This document shows, in pieces, positions 1 to 8,686 of a stretch of 13,860 bases of DNA. The notes beneath the pieces were generated by a model. The model ran no database searches and was not told the DNA's origin. It saw nothing but the letters and a program-made list of their open reading frames with translations. The position numbers and the translations under genes are program-made. The DNA lies in NCBI GenBank assembly GCA_043228905.1, contig JBHGNT010000921.1:1-13860 (forward strand). The letters run 5' to 3'. Source of the stretch: Azolla caroliniana. Taxonomy: Eukaryota > Plantae > Polypodiophyta. How positions within the stretch are numbered: the stretch's first letter is position 1; each line of letters opens with the position of its first letter.

Positions 1-149
1 AACAATCATATGCAGGACTTGATCCATATTGACAAGCACCTAGATGATTACATGATCTCTATAACTTCTCTTGCATTCGTTTTGGATTGTACATAGTAAG
101 ATTAGGTTTGGGGGGGAGACCCATAACATATTCATTTTATGAAGGAGTT
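1..149 (+). pseudogene. Possible degenerate 3' end of a copia RNase H followed by a PPT-like tract and an LTR start (TGTTAGG at 150)
   Basis: Frame 1 reads IHIDKHLDDYM (cf. KIHTDENGSDML in the young element), a shifted frame gives RLGL (cf. RVGL), then GAAGGAGTT|TGTTAGG (cf. GAAGGGGGAGTT|TGTTGG). Weak similarity only. Confidence 0.3.
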
Positions 150-529
150 TGTTAGGATAAATGGCACATGACCTCTTCCTTTGTATATGTCTTGCATCTA
201 ACTGTCCTGTGTTGTGCATGAGTAGTGCATCTTTTCCTCGATTGTGCATGCCCTATGTTGGAAGTAAGTCTTGTATAAAGTTAGATGTGGAAACTCGTAG
301 ACAAGACACAATCTGCTTGGCTAGAAAATTGCACACAATTAGGTAAACACAAAGCATGTAAAGTACATGGTGAGAGAGACAGACTGAGTGAGCAGACAAT
401 GAGAAATCACACTTTAAAAAATGATTCAGTACAAAACAATGTGCGCATAAAGCACTTTATATACAACTCCTCCAAAGGACGGACAAAAGTATTGTCACGT
501 ACTTTAATGCTTGCATAAGAGCAACTGGC

Positions 530-732
530 ATTGACTATACCTAATATATTCCTATTTCTAAAATAAGACTATAGGCCTAAAATGGCCTGTTGGCTCCTAG
601 CCAATCTGGTTGTCCGCTTCTTCAACCGATCTGATATTCGGCTTCTCCTGCTGATCCTACTCAGCCGACTCGGCTATTGGTTTCCTCAGCCCATCCAGCT
701 CATGTTGAGCTTGTCTCTCAACACTCCCCCTC
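530..732 (-). mobile_element. Fragment of a 3' LTR with its polypurine tract (minus strand); left boundary uncertain
   Basis: Minus strand reads GAGGGGGAG (732-724) immediately followed by TGTTGAGAG (from 723), the usual PPT/LTR junction. Confidence 0.5.
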
Positions 733-858
733 GAGCTCAACTTGAGGTTCCTTGTTAGCTTTAGCTAGTCCACCGCTCTAGCTTCTCCTGGCCTGATGCC
801 TCTTTGCTTGCGCTCCATGACCCATTTGTTCCTGCGCTCCTTGACTTGCTCGATTAGC

Positions 859-1190
859 TTGTCTGCTCCCAAGACTCTCGATGGCCTTCTCCTTATAGGC
901 CGCACATGTTGTTGTGGGCTTTCTCCGTTATTATACCATCCAAGAGTTGTTGAGCTCTACTACCAACCGATGTCAATCACCAGCTTGGTCATGCATCACC
1001 CGTGGGACGAAACTGCTGGTGAGTTTGTCTGCTCCCAAGACTCTCAACGGCCTTCTCCTTATAGGGCGCACATGTTGTTGCGGGCTTTCTCCGTTATGAT
1101 ACCATCAAGGAGTTGTTAAGCTCTACTACCGGCCGATTGCAATCACCAGCTTGGTCAAGCATCACCTGTGGGACGAAAGTGCCGATGGAG
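859..1190. repeat. Two-copy tandem duplication, ~166-bp unit (859-1024, 1025-~1190)
   Basis: TTGTCTGCTCCCAAGACTCTC...CGCACATGTTGTTG...CAATCACCAGCTTGGTCA...GTGGGACGAAA occurs twice, 166 bp apart, with scattered substitutions. Confidence 0.9.
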
Positions 1191-1487
1191 CCCGAAATGC
1201 TGAGCTGAGTGTACAAACTTAGGTGATCGACTAACAGATGAGGGTTCCGACGAAGTCGGTGAAATCTAATCTAAAGTAACAATATCTTATCTTCTTTGAC
1301 CACATTTATAGTTATCAACTACACGGATTATAATAAATCGTCATCACGCACTTTTTCACACAATGTGCTTTTCTTCATAAGTACATGTTCACAAGAATTA
1401 AGCTTGATTCTCAACTAAATGCATTCGCAATGGATGCCCAAACACATGGTAGTTTTGAAATTTAAATGATATGAGAGTGTGAATAAT

Positions 1488-1665
1488 CTCTCTGTAATAG
1501 TCTCTCAGATGAAGACGAGCTCGAGGTTATTGCCTGCGAGACTGCTTGTACTTTCCTATAAATGGTTAAACACTTTGGAGTTTCTGGACTTCGAGGTTTT
1601 TCCCTTTTAGGGTTTTCCACGTAAAATACTTGTATCTCTGTACTTTTTTTTTTTACCATAAAACA
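1488..1665 (+). mobile_element. Old R/U5 remnant of an LTR related to the young copia element
   Basis: CTCTGTAATA...GAGCTCGAGGT...TTGTACTTTCC...TTGGAGT...GGTTTTTCCCTTTTAGGGTTTTCCACG is colinear with 5132-5271 of the young LTR. Ends are approximate. Confidence 0.65.
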
Positions 1666-1746
1666 TATGCTCCATTGGTATTAATAAAAAGCCCGAAGGC
1701 AGTATACAAATAGTACATAATATTGTTTCATCTCTACCAGTATATC

Positions 1747-2006
1747 TGAACTGATTCTAGCATTTGTAAAAATTGTTGGGAAAAAAATACATCCATAAAA
1801 CACAACATTGATTCCAGTGATTTGTTGTAGAAAACAAAATTCCGGGCTCTTAGAACAGAACTCCATAGAAAACTTATATTTCACATGATATTCCATGTCC
1901 TTCGTCTTTCCAATCATATGTGTCAGGTGTGGAGCTGTAAGAAGATTCACCATCCCAACAGAAACAGTTGCAAACAGATATGAACTGATTCTAGCATTTG
2001 TAAAAA
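1747..2006. repeat. Direct repeat with a 26-bp identical core (1747-1772 and 1981-2006)
   Basis: TGAACTGATTCTAGCATTTGTAAAAA occurs twice, 234 bp apart; looser similarity (GTTGGG, A-run, CCAT) continues downstream of both. Confidence 0.8.
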
Positions 2007-2074
2007 CAGTTGGGGAGAAAAAAAAAAAACCGACCATGAAAATGAAATGTACTATACTAACTCCACCTCTCACC

Positions 2075-3130
2075 CCATTTGCTTCGATCCCCACAACTTA
2101 TTCACTCTCCCTTCATGATGTGCTTCGGCCCCCTCACCATCATCACTCCTAAAAACAAACAAATTGCTTCATTCAATCCACCTCCACCATCTCGCCGAAT
2201 GCCACCAATGTCCTGTGGAATTAACAACAAAATAAGTAAAAAAATTCCTCATCCCCTCATGGGCTACTTCGATCCTCCCCACCATCATCACTCCTAAAAC
2301 AAACACATTGCTTCCTTTAGTCCACATCCACCATCTCGCCGAATACCACGGACGTCCTGTGCAATGAATCAACAAAAATGAGAAATTGTTCCTCATCCCC
2401 TCATGATTTGTTTCGTTCCCCCGCACCATTGTCACTCCTAAAAATAGAGAAATTGTTTCAATCAAACCACATCCACCATCTCGCCAAATACCACCTCTAA
2501 CCTAAACAAATAACAACAAAAACAAGTGAATAATGGTTCCTCATCCCCTCATGATTTCCTTCTGTCCCCCCCACCATCATCACTCCTAAAAACAAACAAA
2601 TTGCTTCAATCAATCCACATCCACCATCTCGCCGAGTACCGCCAATATCCTGTGCAATTAACAACAAAATAAGTGAACAATGATTCCTCTCCCCTCCTGA
2701 TCTGCTTCAGCCCTCGCACCAACACCACTCATCCTCACACCATGACAAAGTTGCTTCAAATCCCATTGCCATCATCCTGCAAACTATGAGAACCATAATA
2801 TTTGTCTTAAGTCAGCCCATATCTAGGGTATCTTGCTTCCCCTATTCCATCTCACCAATTAACGCGGCCCTGTAATCACAACAAAAAATGAGGGAAAACC
2901 ATTCCTCGCCTTCTCATAATAATCTGCTTCAACCCCCACTCCAACATCACTCATCCTAACCACAAAAAACAGAAAAACGGCTTCGTCATGTCCCCATCTA
3001 CCATCTCGCTATCTCCGATTCGACAATCCTATTACACTAACAACCCACAAACGAGTAGAAAACAAACAGAAATCCTCACCTTCTCCTAGTAATCTTCGAC
3101 AACCCCCACCAACATCAGTCATCCTAATCA
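2075..3130. repeat. Tandem array of ~145-bp C/A-rich units, about 7 copies, decaying to the right
   Basis: Anchor TCACTCCTAAA at 2143, 2288, 2432, 2580; variant anchors (CACTCATCCT-like) at ~2725, 2947, 3115. Shared blocks ATCCACATCCACCATCTCGCC, AACAACAAAA, TTCCTCATCCCCTCATG. Confidence 0.9.
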
Positions 3131-3172
3131 CATTTGGAGAGGTCACAAAAACATTAGGAAACACAAGACCTC

Positions 3173-3616
3173 CATAATGTTCCAATTTACTTGGCTTCTT
3201 AGCGACATATGCTCGTACATATTTTTAGGAATATAGTTAACTAGTCTCATTCATGGTTAAATGGTTTGGTCTGTCCATTAGACTGAGTGTGGTCTGTCGG
3301 GCTCATATTGAAAGTAAATCCTAATTTCTTAAATACTTGTGTCTAAAAATCACTAGTAAAGTTAGAGTATCTGTATCACTCATTATATCCATCGATAACT
3401 CATAGAATCAGAATAACTTATGGATCATAATTTGAGAAGCCAAGTCCTAAGTTTCAATGCATATGTCGTTGGAAGGAATTTGGCCATTTTCGTTAATCTA
3501 TCAACAACAACCTATATGGCATCATAGCCTCTCTGAGTGCATGGTAAACTAACAATGAAATCTATTAATATACATTCCTAGTTTGTTATTAGGAATATCC
3601 AAAGGATCTAAACAAC
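3173..3616 (-). pseudogene. Ty3/gypsy integrase core relic
   Basis: Minus-strand translation with stops and frameshifts: LDPLDIP...DFIVSLPCTQRGYDAI*VVVDRLTKMAKFLP...FTSDF*TQVFKKLG...DHTQSNGQT...YVRAYV, matching the gypsy consensus DFIxGLPRT..YDAIWVVVDRLTKMAHF...FTSxFW...HPQTDGQTE. Confidence 0.85.
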
Positions 3617-3679
3617 AACTCTATTGAAAATATAGAGTTTAGAGCCAAATTCTTGGAGTAATAAAAAAGGATCAAGGGC

Positions 3680-4310
3680 CAAGAGGACTCCCATTGCACT
3701 TCAGCAATGAATATCCCTAAAAAAATTCTTTATTTTAGCAATTATGATGAATAATTTCTAGAGCTTTTTGTTTTGTGAAGGAATTTCATATCATGATATT
3801 CGTGGATAGGTTATTGAACACTATAAAGTGCGGGCACACTGTGTTTGGATTATTATCAATCCTTTTTTTATTTCATAAAGCATAATAAAAAGGATTAAAT
3901 TATGTACCCATAACATTCATACTTAAAACATTTCCATAACTGTGTGATGATTTATTGTGAGTAGAATTAGATTGCTAATTATGAAATCGCATAATCTATA
4001 GAAATGTCTTCCCTTATTGAATATTTGGATGTAGTTCGTTGATTCTCGCAACCAAATGATGAGTGAAAGAGGAACACTTCAAGAGTTCAACCAGAGATTC
4101 ACATGCGTAGTTGTGGTTGAAAAAACTATACTAGACTCTAGCAATGTTTTGTTATTCTTAAAATCAATGGATGTGAAGTATTCGAGGGACTTTGGAGTAC
4201 TTTTATAAATTGAAGAATTCTTTTTACATATTGGTCTGAAAGAAGCAAAGCATGTGAACTCTTTGATAAGTGTCGCCCATGGGACAATGTGTCGAATGCG
4301 GGTATATAAT
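3680..4310 (-). pseudogene. Second, highly degraded gypsy integrase N-terminal/core relic
   Basis: Isolated minus-strand peptides in the expected order: FDTLSHGRH (H..H-like), EDISIDY (cf. WEDISMDF), PHFIV (cf. AHFIP), FFRDI..(N)GSP (cf. FFxxIVxLHGxP). Many indels are needed to connect them. Confidence 0.35.
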
Positions 4311-4413
4311 GGTTGTATTCACATTGTCCCATTGCACACACTAGGTTTAGGCTATTTCTGTAGATAGTCAAAACTGCAATTGCCCTAAGTCAATCAGTAT
4401 TTAAAATGCCTCT

Positions 4414-4666
4414 TGTAACCTAGTTTTAAGGTTTTTCATCTTTGTAAAGAATGCTATTGTAACCCCTGAGAAATTATATAGTTATATCTTAGTGTGCCTA
4501 TTTTGGTGTCTTTGTTCTCCTTGTGCCTTCTTTGATCTTGCATCTGATGAAAATAAAATTGTTGCTTGAATCTATTATTGTTTGCTACCTATATGAGATC
4601 TTCATAAGAAGAGAACTAGTTCTTGTTCCGCACCTGCCGGCTGGTTCTGACATTTTGTATTAGAGC
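4414..4666 (+). mobile_element. End of an older 5' LTR (...TGACA at 4652) with degenerate tRNA-iMet PBS (4655-4666); start uncertain
   Basis: TGACA-TT-TTGTATTAGAGC, a 10/12 match to TGGTATCAGAGC at the expected 2-nt spacing; candidate TGTAAC starts at 4414 and 4458. Confidence 0.45.
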
Positions 4667-4716
4667 TTGGTGTTTTTTGATTCTACAGCCAATCATCGTT
4701 TGTCTTCATCAACATC

Positions 4717-4721
4717 TCTTC
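4717..4721 (+). repeat. Left target-site duplication TCTTC
   Basis: Identical to 12000-12004; directly abuts the LTR TG. Confidence 0.95.
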
Positions 4722-4782
4722 TGTTGGGATTACGGTCCCTCCGGATGGGATGGTCAGATGTCCGGGAATCGGGAACGAAGAC

Positions 4783-4929
4783 CCGAATGAGGAGTACCCG
4801 GTATCGGAACTGGATGATGAAGACCCGGTTTCGGATCCGGATGATGAAGGCCCCGGCTACGGAGCCGGATGATGAAGACCCCGGCTACGGAGCCGGATGA
4901 CGAATGTACCCGGAGAGAGATCCGGATGC
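4783..4929 (+). repeat. U3 tandem repeats of ~27-28 bp (consensus CCGGATGATGAAGACCCCGGCTACGGAG), putative enhancer array
   Basis: About five imperfect units; same array at 11397-11543; shorter array at ~9304-9389. Confidence 0.85.
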
Positions 4930-5003
4930 GGGGACATATTTGTGAATATGTTTGCCAAGGGCCCTCTAGGCTATATTTGTAAATAGCTCAAAAGTCATAT
5001 GTG

Positions 5004-5011
5004 TATAAATA
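5004..5011 (+). promoter_or_regulatory. Putative LTR TATA box (TATAAATA); copies at 9464-9471 and 11618-11625
   Basis: Consensus match downstream of the U3 repeats and upstream of a GA-rich leader. Confidence 0.65.
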
Positions 5012-5346
5012 TGACTTAGGGCAAACAGTTTTGTTGTTGTTGCTTATTTTTCTGTTTTCCACTTAGAGGGAGCGAAGTGAGAGCAGCCGAGAGAGAGAGT
5101 GAGAGAGAGAGAGAAAGGAAGAGGTCGACGCCTCTGTGTAATACCGCCGCCTGTGGCGAGGACAGCGAGCTCAAGGTCGTCGCCTTGCAGCTCGCCATTG
5201 TACATTCCCTACGGATAGTGATAGTTGGAGTCTTGCACTCCCGTGGTTTTTCCCGTCTAGGGTTTTCCACGCTAAACCCTGTGCATTCGAGTCTCTCTCT
5301 GTGTTTTCGATTTACTGCTGCATTGACTCGTGAATTACTAACAATC

Positions 5347-5358
5347 TGGTATCAGAGC
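5347..5358 (+). promoter_or_regulatory. Primer binding site for initiator tRNA-Met
   Basis: TGGTATCAGAGC, 3 nt after the 5' LTR end. Confidence 0.95.
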
Positions 5359-5374
5359 AACTGCAGTGCAGAAA

Positions 5375-8300
5375 ATGGAAGGCGGCAGCAGCGGGCAGCC
5401 GGGGATGATGGTGCTGAATGCGCAGAACTACGCCGACTGGAAGATAAAGATGGAGGATCTGCTCATTGTTCGGGACCTGTATGAACCAATCGACAGGTCA
5501 GAAATACCCAAGGGGGTACTTGAGACTGAATGGAGGCTTCTGAACCGGAAAGCCGTTGCAACCATTCGGCAATACGTCGACGTGAGCGTTCTACAACATG
5601 TGGCGAACGACACCAACGCATATGAGATGTGGCAGAAGCTGTCGGGCCTCTACGAGAGGAAGAATGCGTTGAACCGGACCTCCCTGATGAGGAAGATAGT
5701 GAACCTCAAGTACCGGGACGGCGAGAGTATGGTGGAACACGTAAGCACGTTCATGGGATTCGTGAACCAGCTTGCGGCGATCAAGTTCCCGTTGGAGGAT
5801 GCAATGCAAGCCATCGTGCTGATGTGTACATTGCCGGAAAGCTGGGAGAACTTGGCGGTGACTCTCAGCACCTCCTGCACCCAAGATAACTTGTCCCTAC
5901 AAACGGTAAAGACAAGCATTTTGAACGAAGAAGCGCGTCGGAGAGATAAAGAACCGGCCTCCGATCCGAAGATGCTGCTTACCGAATCGGATCGGGGAAG
6001 ACAACAGAACCGGAGTCCGCAAAGACGGGAGAAGTCGGGGACCCGGTCGCAGTCGAGAGGAAGGCCCACATGCTTCCACTGTGGGAAGCCGGGGCACTTC
6101 CGAAAGAATTGTCGGCATTACCGAAAAGACAACGGAGCCGACGACACCGATTTGAAGAAGTCTTCGGAACGGAACGGTGCTTACCGGGGAGCCACGGACC
6201 GGAATGGTTCGGATCGGCGAGGGCAGGACCGGAAAGGAACGACGGCACTCGCGGAAAGTGAAGAGGAGATCATGCTCATCACCGAAGAAGGTGAACTAAA
6301 CATTGCCAGCGATGAGACTACCTGGGTGGTCGATTCCGGAGCGTCGTTCCACCTGACCCCGGAAAGAAGATACTTCTCATCCTACACAGCCGGTGAGCAT
6401 GGCTGTGTTCGGATGGGAAATGAAGGTACGTGCCGGATTGCCGGCATAGGAGATGTGTGGTTGACAACCTCGACCGGATGCAAAATGTTGCTGAAGGATG
6501 TCCGACACGTTCCGGAGGTTCGATTGAACCTGATTTCGGCCGGGAGGCTAGAAGATGAAGGCTACACAGGTAGCATCCGGAACTGCGTAATGAAGTTCAG
6601 CAAGGGGAGCCTGATAGTGGCTCGGGCCTGGAAAGTCAACACAATGTACCTTATGAATGCCTGGTTGTGTCCGGAGGAGTTGAACGTGGCAGCCGACACT
6701 GCCGGTGAGCTGTGGCACAAGAGACTGTGCCACATGAGTGAGAAGGGGATGAAGAGGCTTGCAGAAGACAACCTTATTCCAGTGAAGCATGTGCACCTGG
6801 AGAACTGCACCGATTGCCTGGCCGGTAAGCAGAACCGAACCTCCTTCCACTCAAGGCCACCGACGAGACGTAGCGCACCATTGGAGTTGGTGCACACTGA
6901 TGTGTGTCAAGTCGAAACGAAGTCACATGGCGGAGCCCAGTACTTCGTGACATTCATTGATGACCACAGCCAGAAGCTGTGGACGGCACCGTTGAAGACA
7001 AAGGACCAAGTGTTGTGCGTCTTCAAAGAACTCCACGCGAGAGTGGAAAGGGAATCCGGCAAGAAGCTGAAAGCGATACGAGCGGATAACGGAGGGGAAT
7101 ACCGGGGGCAGTTCGAGGAGTACTGTCGCTCGAAGGGAATCCGGCTCGAGTTTACTGTGCCGAAGACGCCGAAACTGAACGGGCTGGCCGAGACGATGAA
7201 CCGGACCATAATGGAGAGGGTCCGGAGTATGCTGGCGCATGCGAAATTACCCGAGGGGTTTTGGGCTGAGGCAATGTCGACGGCGACATACGTGATAAAC
7301 AGATCACCCTCAGTACCTTTGGACGGAGACACGCCGCAGAGAGTGTGGACCGGTAGGGAAGTATCCTACCGGCATCTGAAGGTGTTCGGGTGTCTCGCAT
7401 ATGTGCATGTGGCAAAGGACCGGAGAGGAAAGCTAGATCCAAAGACCCGGCCATGCATATTCCTTGGTTACGGCGATGACGTGTTCGGCTACCGAGTATG
7501 GGACCCGGTCGACAAAAAGATATTCCGGAGTCGTGATATCATCTTCATGGAGGACAAGACACTCACCGACTGGGAGTCGGAGAAGAAAATGAAGAGCTCC
7601 AAGTCGACCGGTGAGGATCAACTCTACGAGGAGCAGTCCCGACCGGCAAGGGACCGGTTAGCACTCGAGGATCCGGCCGAAGACAGTGAAGAAACAGAAC
7701 CGGCCGAGGAAGATGAAACTGATACCGGAACCGGCCCCGATCCCGAAATGGATTCGGATGAAGAGGAAACGGAGGAGCCGGTTCCCGAAGCTCCGGAACG
7801 GAGATATCCTCTAAGAGAGAGAAGGGCCCCCCGGAGATTTCCGGAACCAGAGCACGTGCTGCTAACCGACGAGGGGGAGCCGGAGAGTTTTGAAGAAGCA
7901 AAGCTTGACACCCATAGCCGCAGGTGGTTAAGTGCCATGCAGGAGGAGATGGATTCCCTGCATGAGAACCACACATATGAACTTGTGGAGTTGCCGAAAG
8001 GAAAGCGGGCACTTCGAAACAAGTGGGTGTTCAAGCTGAAACCGGGAGATGCCGAAAACCCCCCGAGATACAAAGCCAGGATCGTGGTGAAGGGGTTCCA
8101 GCAGAAGAAGGGCGTCGACTTCGACGAGATATTTGCCCCGGTAGTGAAGATGACCTCCATCCGGACGGTGCTGAGCATAGCGGCAAGCATGGACCTCGAG
8201 GTAGAACAGATGGACGTGAAGACGGCATTCCTTCACGGTGACCTCGAAGAAGAGAGCTACATGCAGCAACCGGAAGGATTCGAGAAGAAAGGGAAGGAGC

Positions 8301-8686
8301 ACCTGGTATGCCGGTTGAAGAAGAGCCTTTACGGACTGAAGCAGGCTCCCCGGCAATGGTACCGGAAGTTCGACTCTTTCATGACCGACGAAGGGGACCG
8401 GAAGAAGAAGCAGGTGTGGCTGTCACAGGAGAAGTACGTGACAAAGGTGCTTCACCGGTTCAACATGTCGGAAGCAAGACCGGTCGGGTCAACCCTCCCG
8501 GCAAACTGCAAGTTGTCCAGCAAGCAAAGCCCCAAGACAAAGGCTGAGAAGGAGGACATGATGAAAGTACCATATGCCTCTCCCGTCGGAAGCTTGATGT
8601 ACGCAATGGTGTGTACAAGACCGGACATTGGATACGCAGTCGGAGTGGTGAGCCGGTATATGAGTAATCCCGGCAAGGAGCACTAG
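5375..8686 (+). CDS. gag-pol: Gag-Pol polyprotein, 1103 aa from the first ATG: Gag, protease and integrase intact-looking; RT internally deleted and truncated
   Basis: Zinc knuckle CFHCGKPGHFRKNC (6071-6112), protease DSGAS (6332), integrase HHCC (6713-6817) and D-D-E (6899, 7085, 7190), RT QMDVKTAFLHG and LYGLKQAPRQW. 69 codons including YVDD are missing at 8393-8396; TGG>TAG at 8684-8686. Confidence 0.92.
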   Translation: MEGGSSGQPGMMVLNAQNYADWKIKMEDLLIVRDLYEPIDRSEIPKGVLETEWRLLNRKAVATIRQYVDVSVLQHVANDTNAYEMWQKLSGLYERKNALNRTSLMRKIVNLKYRDGESMVEHVSTFMGFVNQLAAIKFPLEDAMQAIVLMCTLPESWENLAVTLSTSCTQDNLSLQTVKTSILNEEARRRDKEPASDPKMLLTESDRGRQQNRSPQRREKSGTRSQSRGRPTCFHCGKPGHFRKNCRHYRKDNGADDTDLKKSSERNGAYRGATDRNGSDRRGQDRKGTTALAESEEEIMLITEEGELNIASDETTWVVDSGASFHLTPERRYFSSYTAGEHGCVRMGNEGTCRIAGIGDVWLTTSTGCKMLLKDVRHVPEVRLNLISAGRLEDEGYTGSIRNCVMKFSKGSLIVARAWKVNTMYLMNAWLCPEELNVAADTAGELWHKRLCHMSEKGMKRLAEDNLIPVKHVHLENCTDCLAGKQNRTSFHSRPPTRRSAPLELVHTDVCQVETKSHGGAQYFVTFIDDHSQKLWTAPLKTKDQVLCVFKELHARVERESGKKLKAIRADNGGEYRGQFEEYCRSKGIRLEFTVPKTPKLNGLAETMNRTIMERVRSMLAHAKLPEGFWAEAMSTATYVINRSPSVPLDGDTPQRVWTGREVSYRHLKVFGCLAYVHVAKDRRGKLDPKTRPCIFLGYGDDVFGYRVWDPVDKKIFRSRDIIFMEDKTLTDWESEKKMKSSKSTGEDQLYEEQSRPARDRLALEDPAEDSEETEPAEEDETDTGTGPDPEMDSDEEETEEPVPEAPERRYPLRERRAPRRFPEPEHVLLTDEGEPESFEEAKLDTHSRRWLSAMQEEMDSLHENHTYELVELPKGKRALRNKWVFKLKPGDAENPPRYKARIVVKGFQQKKGVDFDEIFAPVVKMTSIRTVLSIAASMDLEVEQMDVKTAFLHGDLEEESYMQQPEGFEKKGKEHLVCRLKKSLYGLKQAPRQWYRKFDSFMTDEGDRKKKQVWLSQEKYVTKVLHRFNMSEARPVGSTLPANCKLSSKQSPKTKAEKEDMMKVPYASPVGSLMYAMVCTRPDIGYAVGVVSRYMSNPGKEH

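Larger units (their letters stand above)
4722..5343 (+). repeat. 5' LTR (622 bp)
   Basis: TGTTGGGATT...TTACTAACA; matches 11336-11999 except for 7 transitions and a 42-bp deletion. Confidence 0.97.

Noticed and set aside
1676-1683. TGGTATTA as the PBS of the LTR remnant
   Set aside because: Only 7 of 8 bases match and the following GAGC is absent; too short to support.
1681-2465. Hydrophobic or His/Pro-rich ORFs as small host proteins
   Set aside because: They are translations of the direct repeat and the tandem array; frames are not kept between units.
2075-3130. Regularly spaced repeats as a CRISPR array
   Set aside because: Whole units are homologous, so there are no unique spacers; the context is eukaryotic and there are no cas genes.
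4783-4900. U3 repeats as a coding PDDED acidic peptide
   Set aside because: Units of 27 and 28 bp shift the frame, and there is no consistent start.
5366-5374. ORF-track start at GTG 5366
   Set aside because: An in-frame ATG in good context (AAAATGG) lies at 5375; GTG initiation is not needed.
5077-5484. 135-aa ORF running from the LTR across the PBS
   Set aside because: Starts at GTG, reads through the GA repeat, and is long only because the 42-bp deletion removes the stop seen in the 3' LTR copy.
8684-8686. Programmed stop-codon readthrough between RT and RNase H
   Set aside because: Copy 2 has TGG at this conserved Trp, so it is a simple G>A mutation; there is no CARYYA readthrough context.
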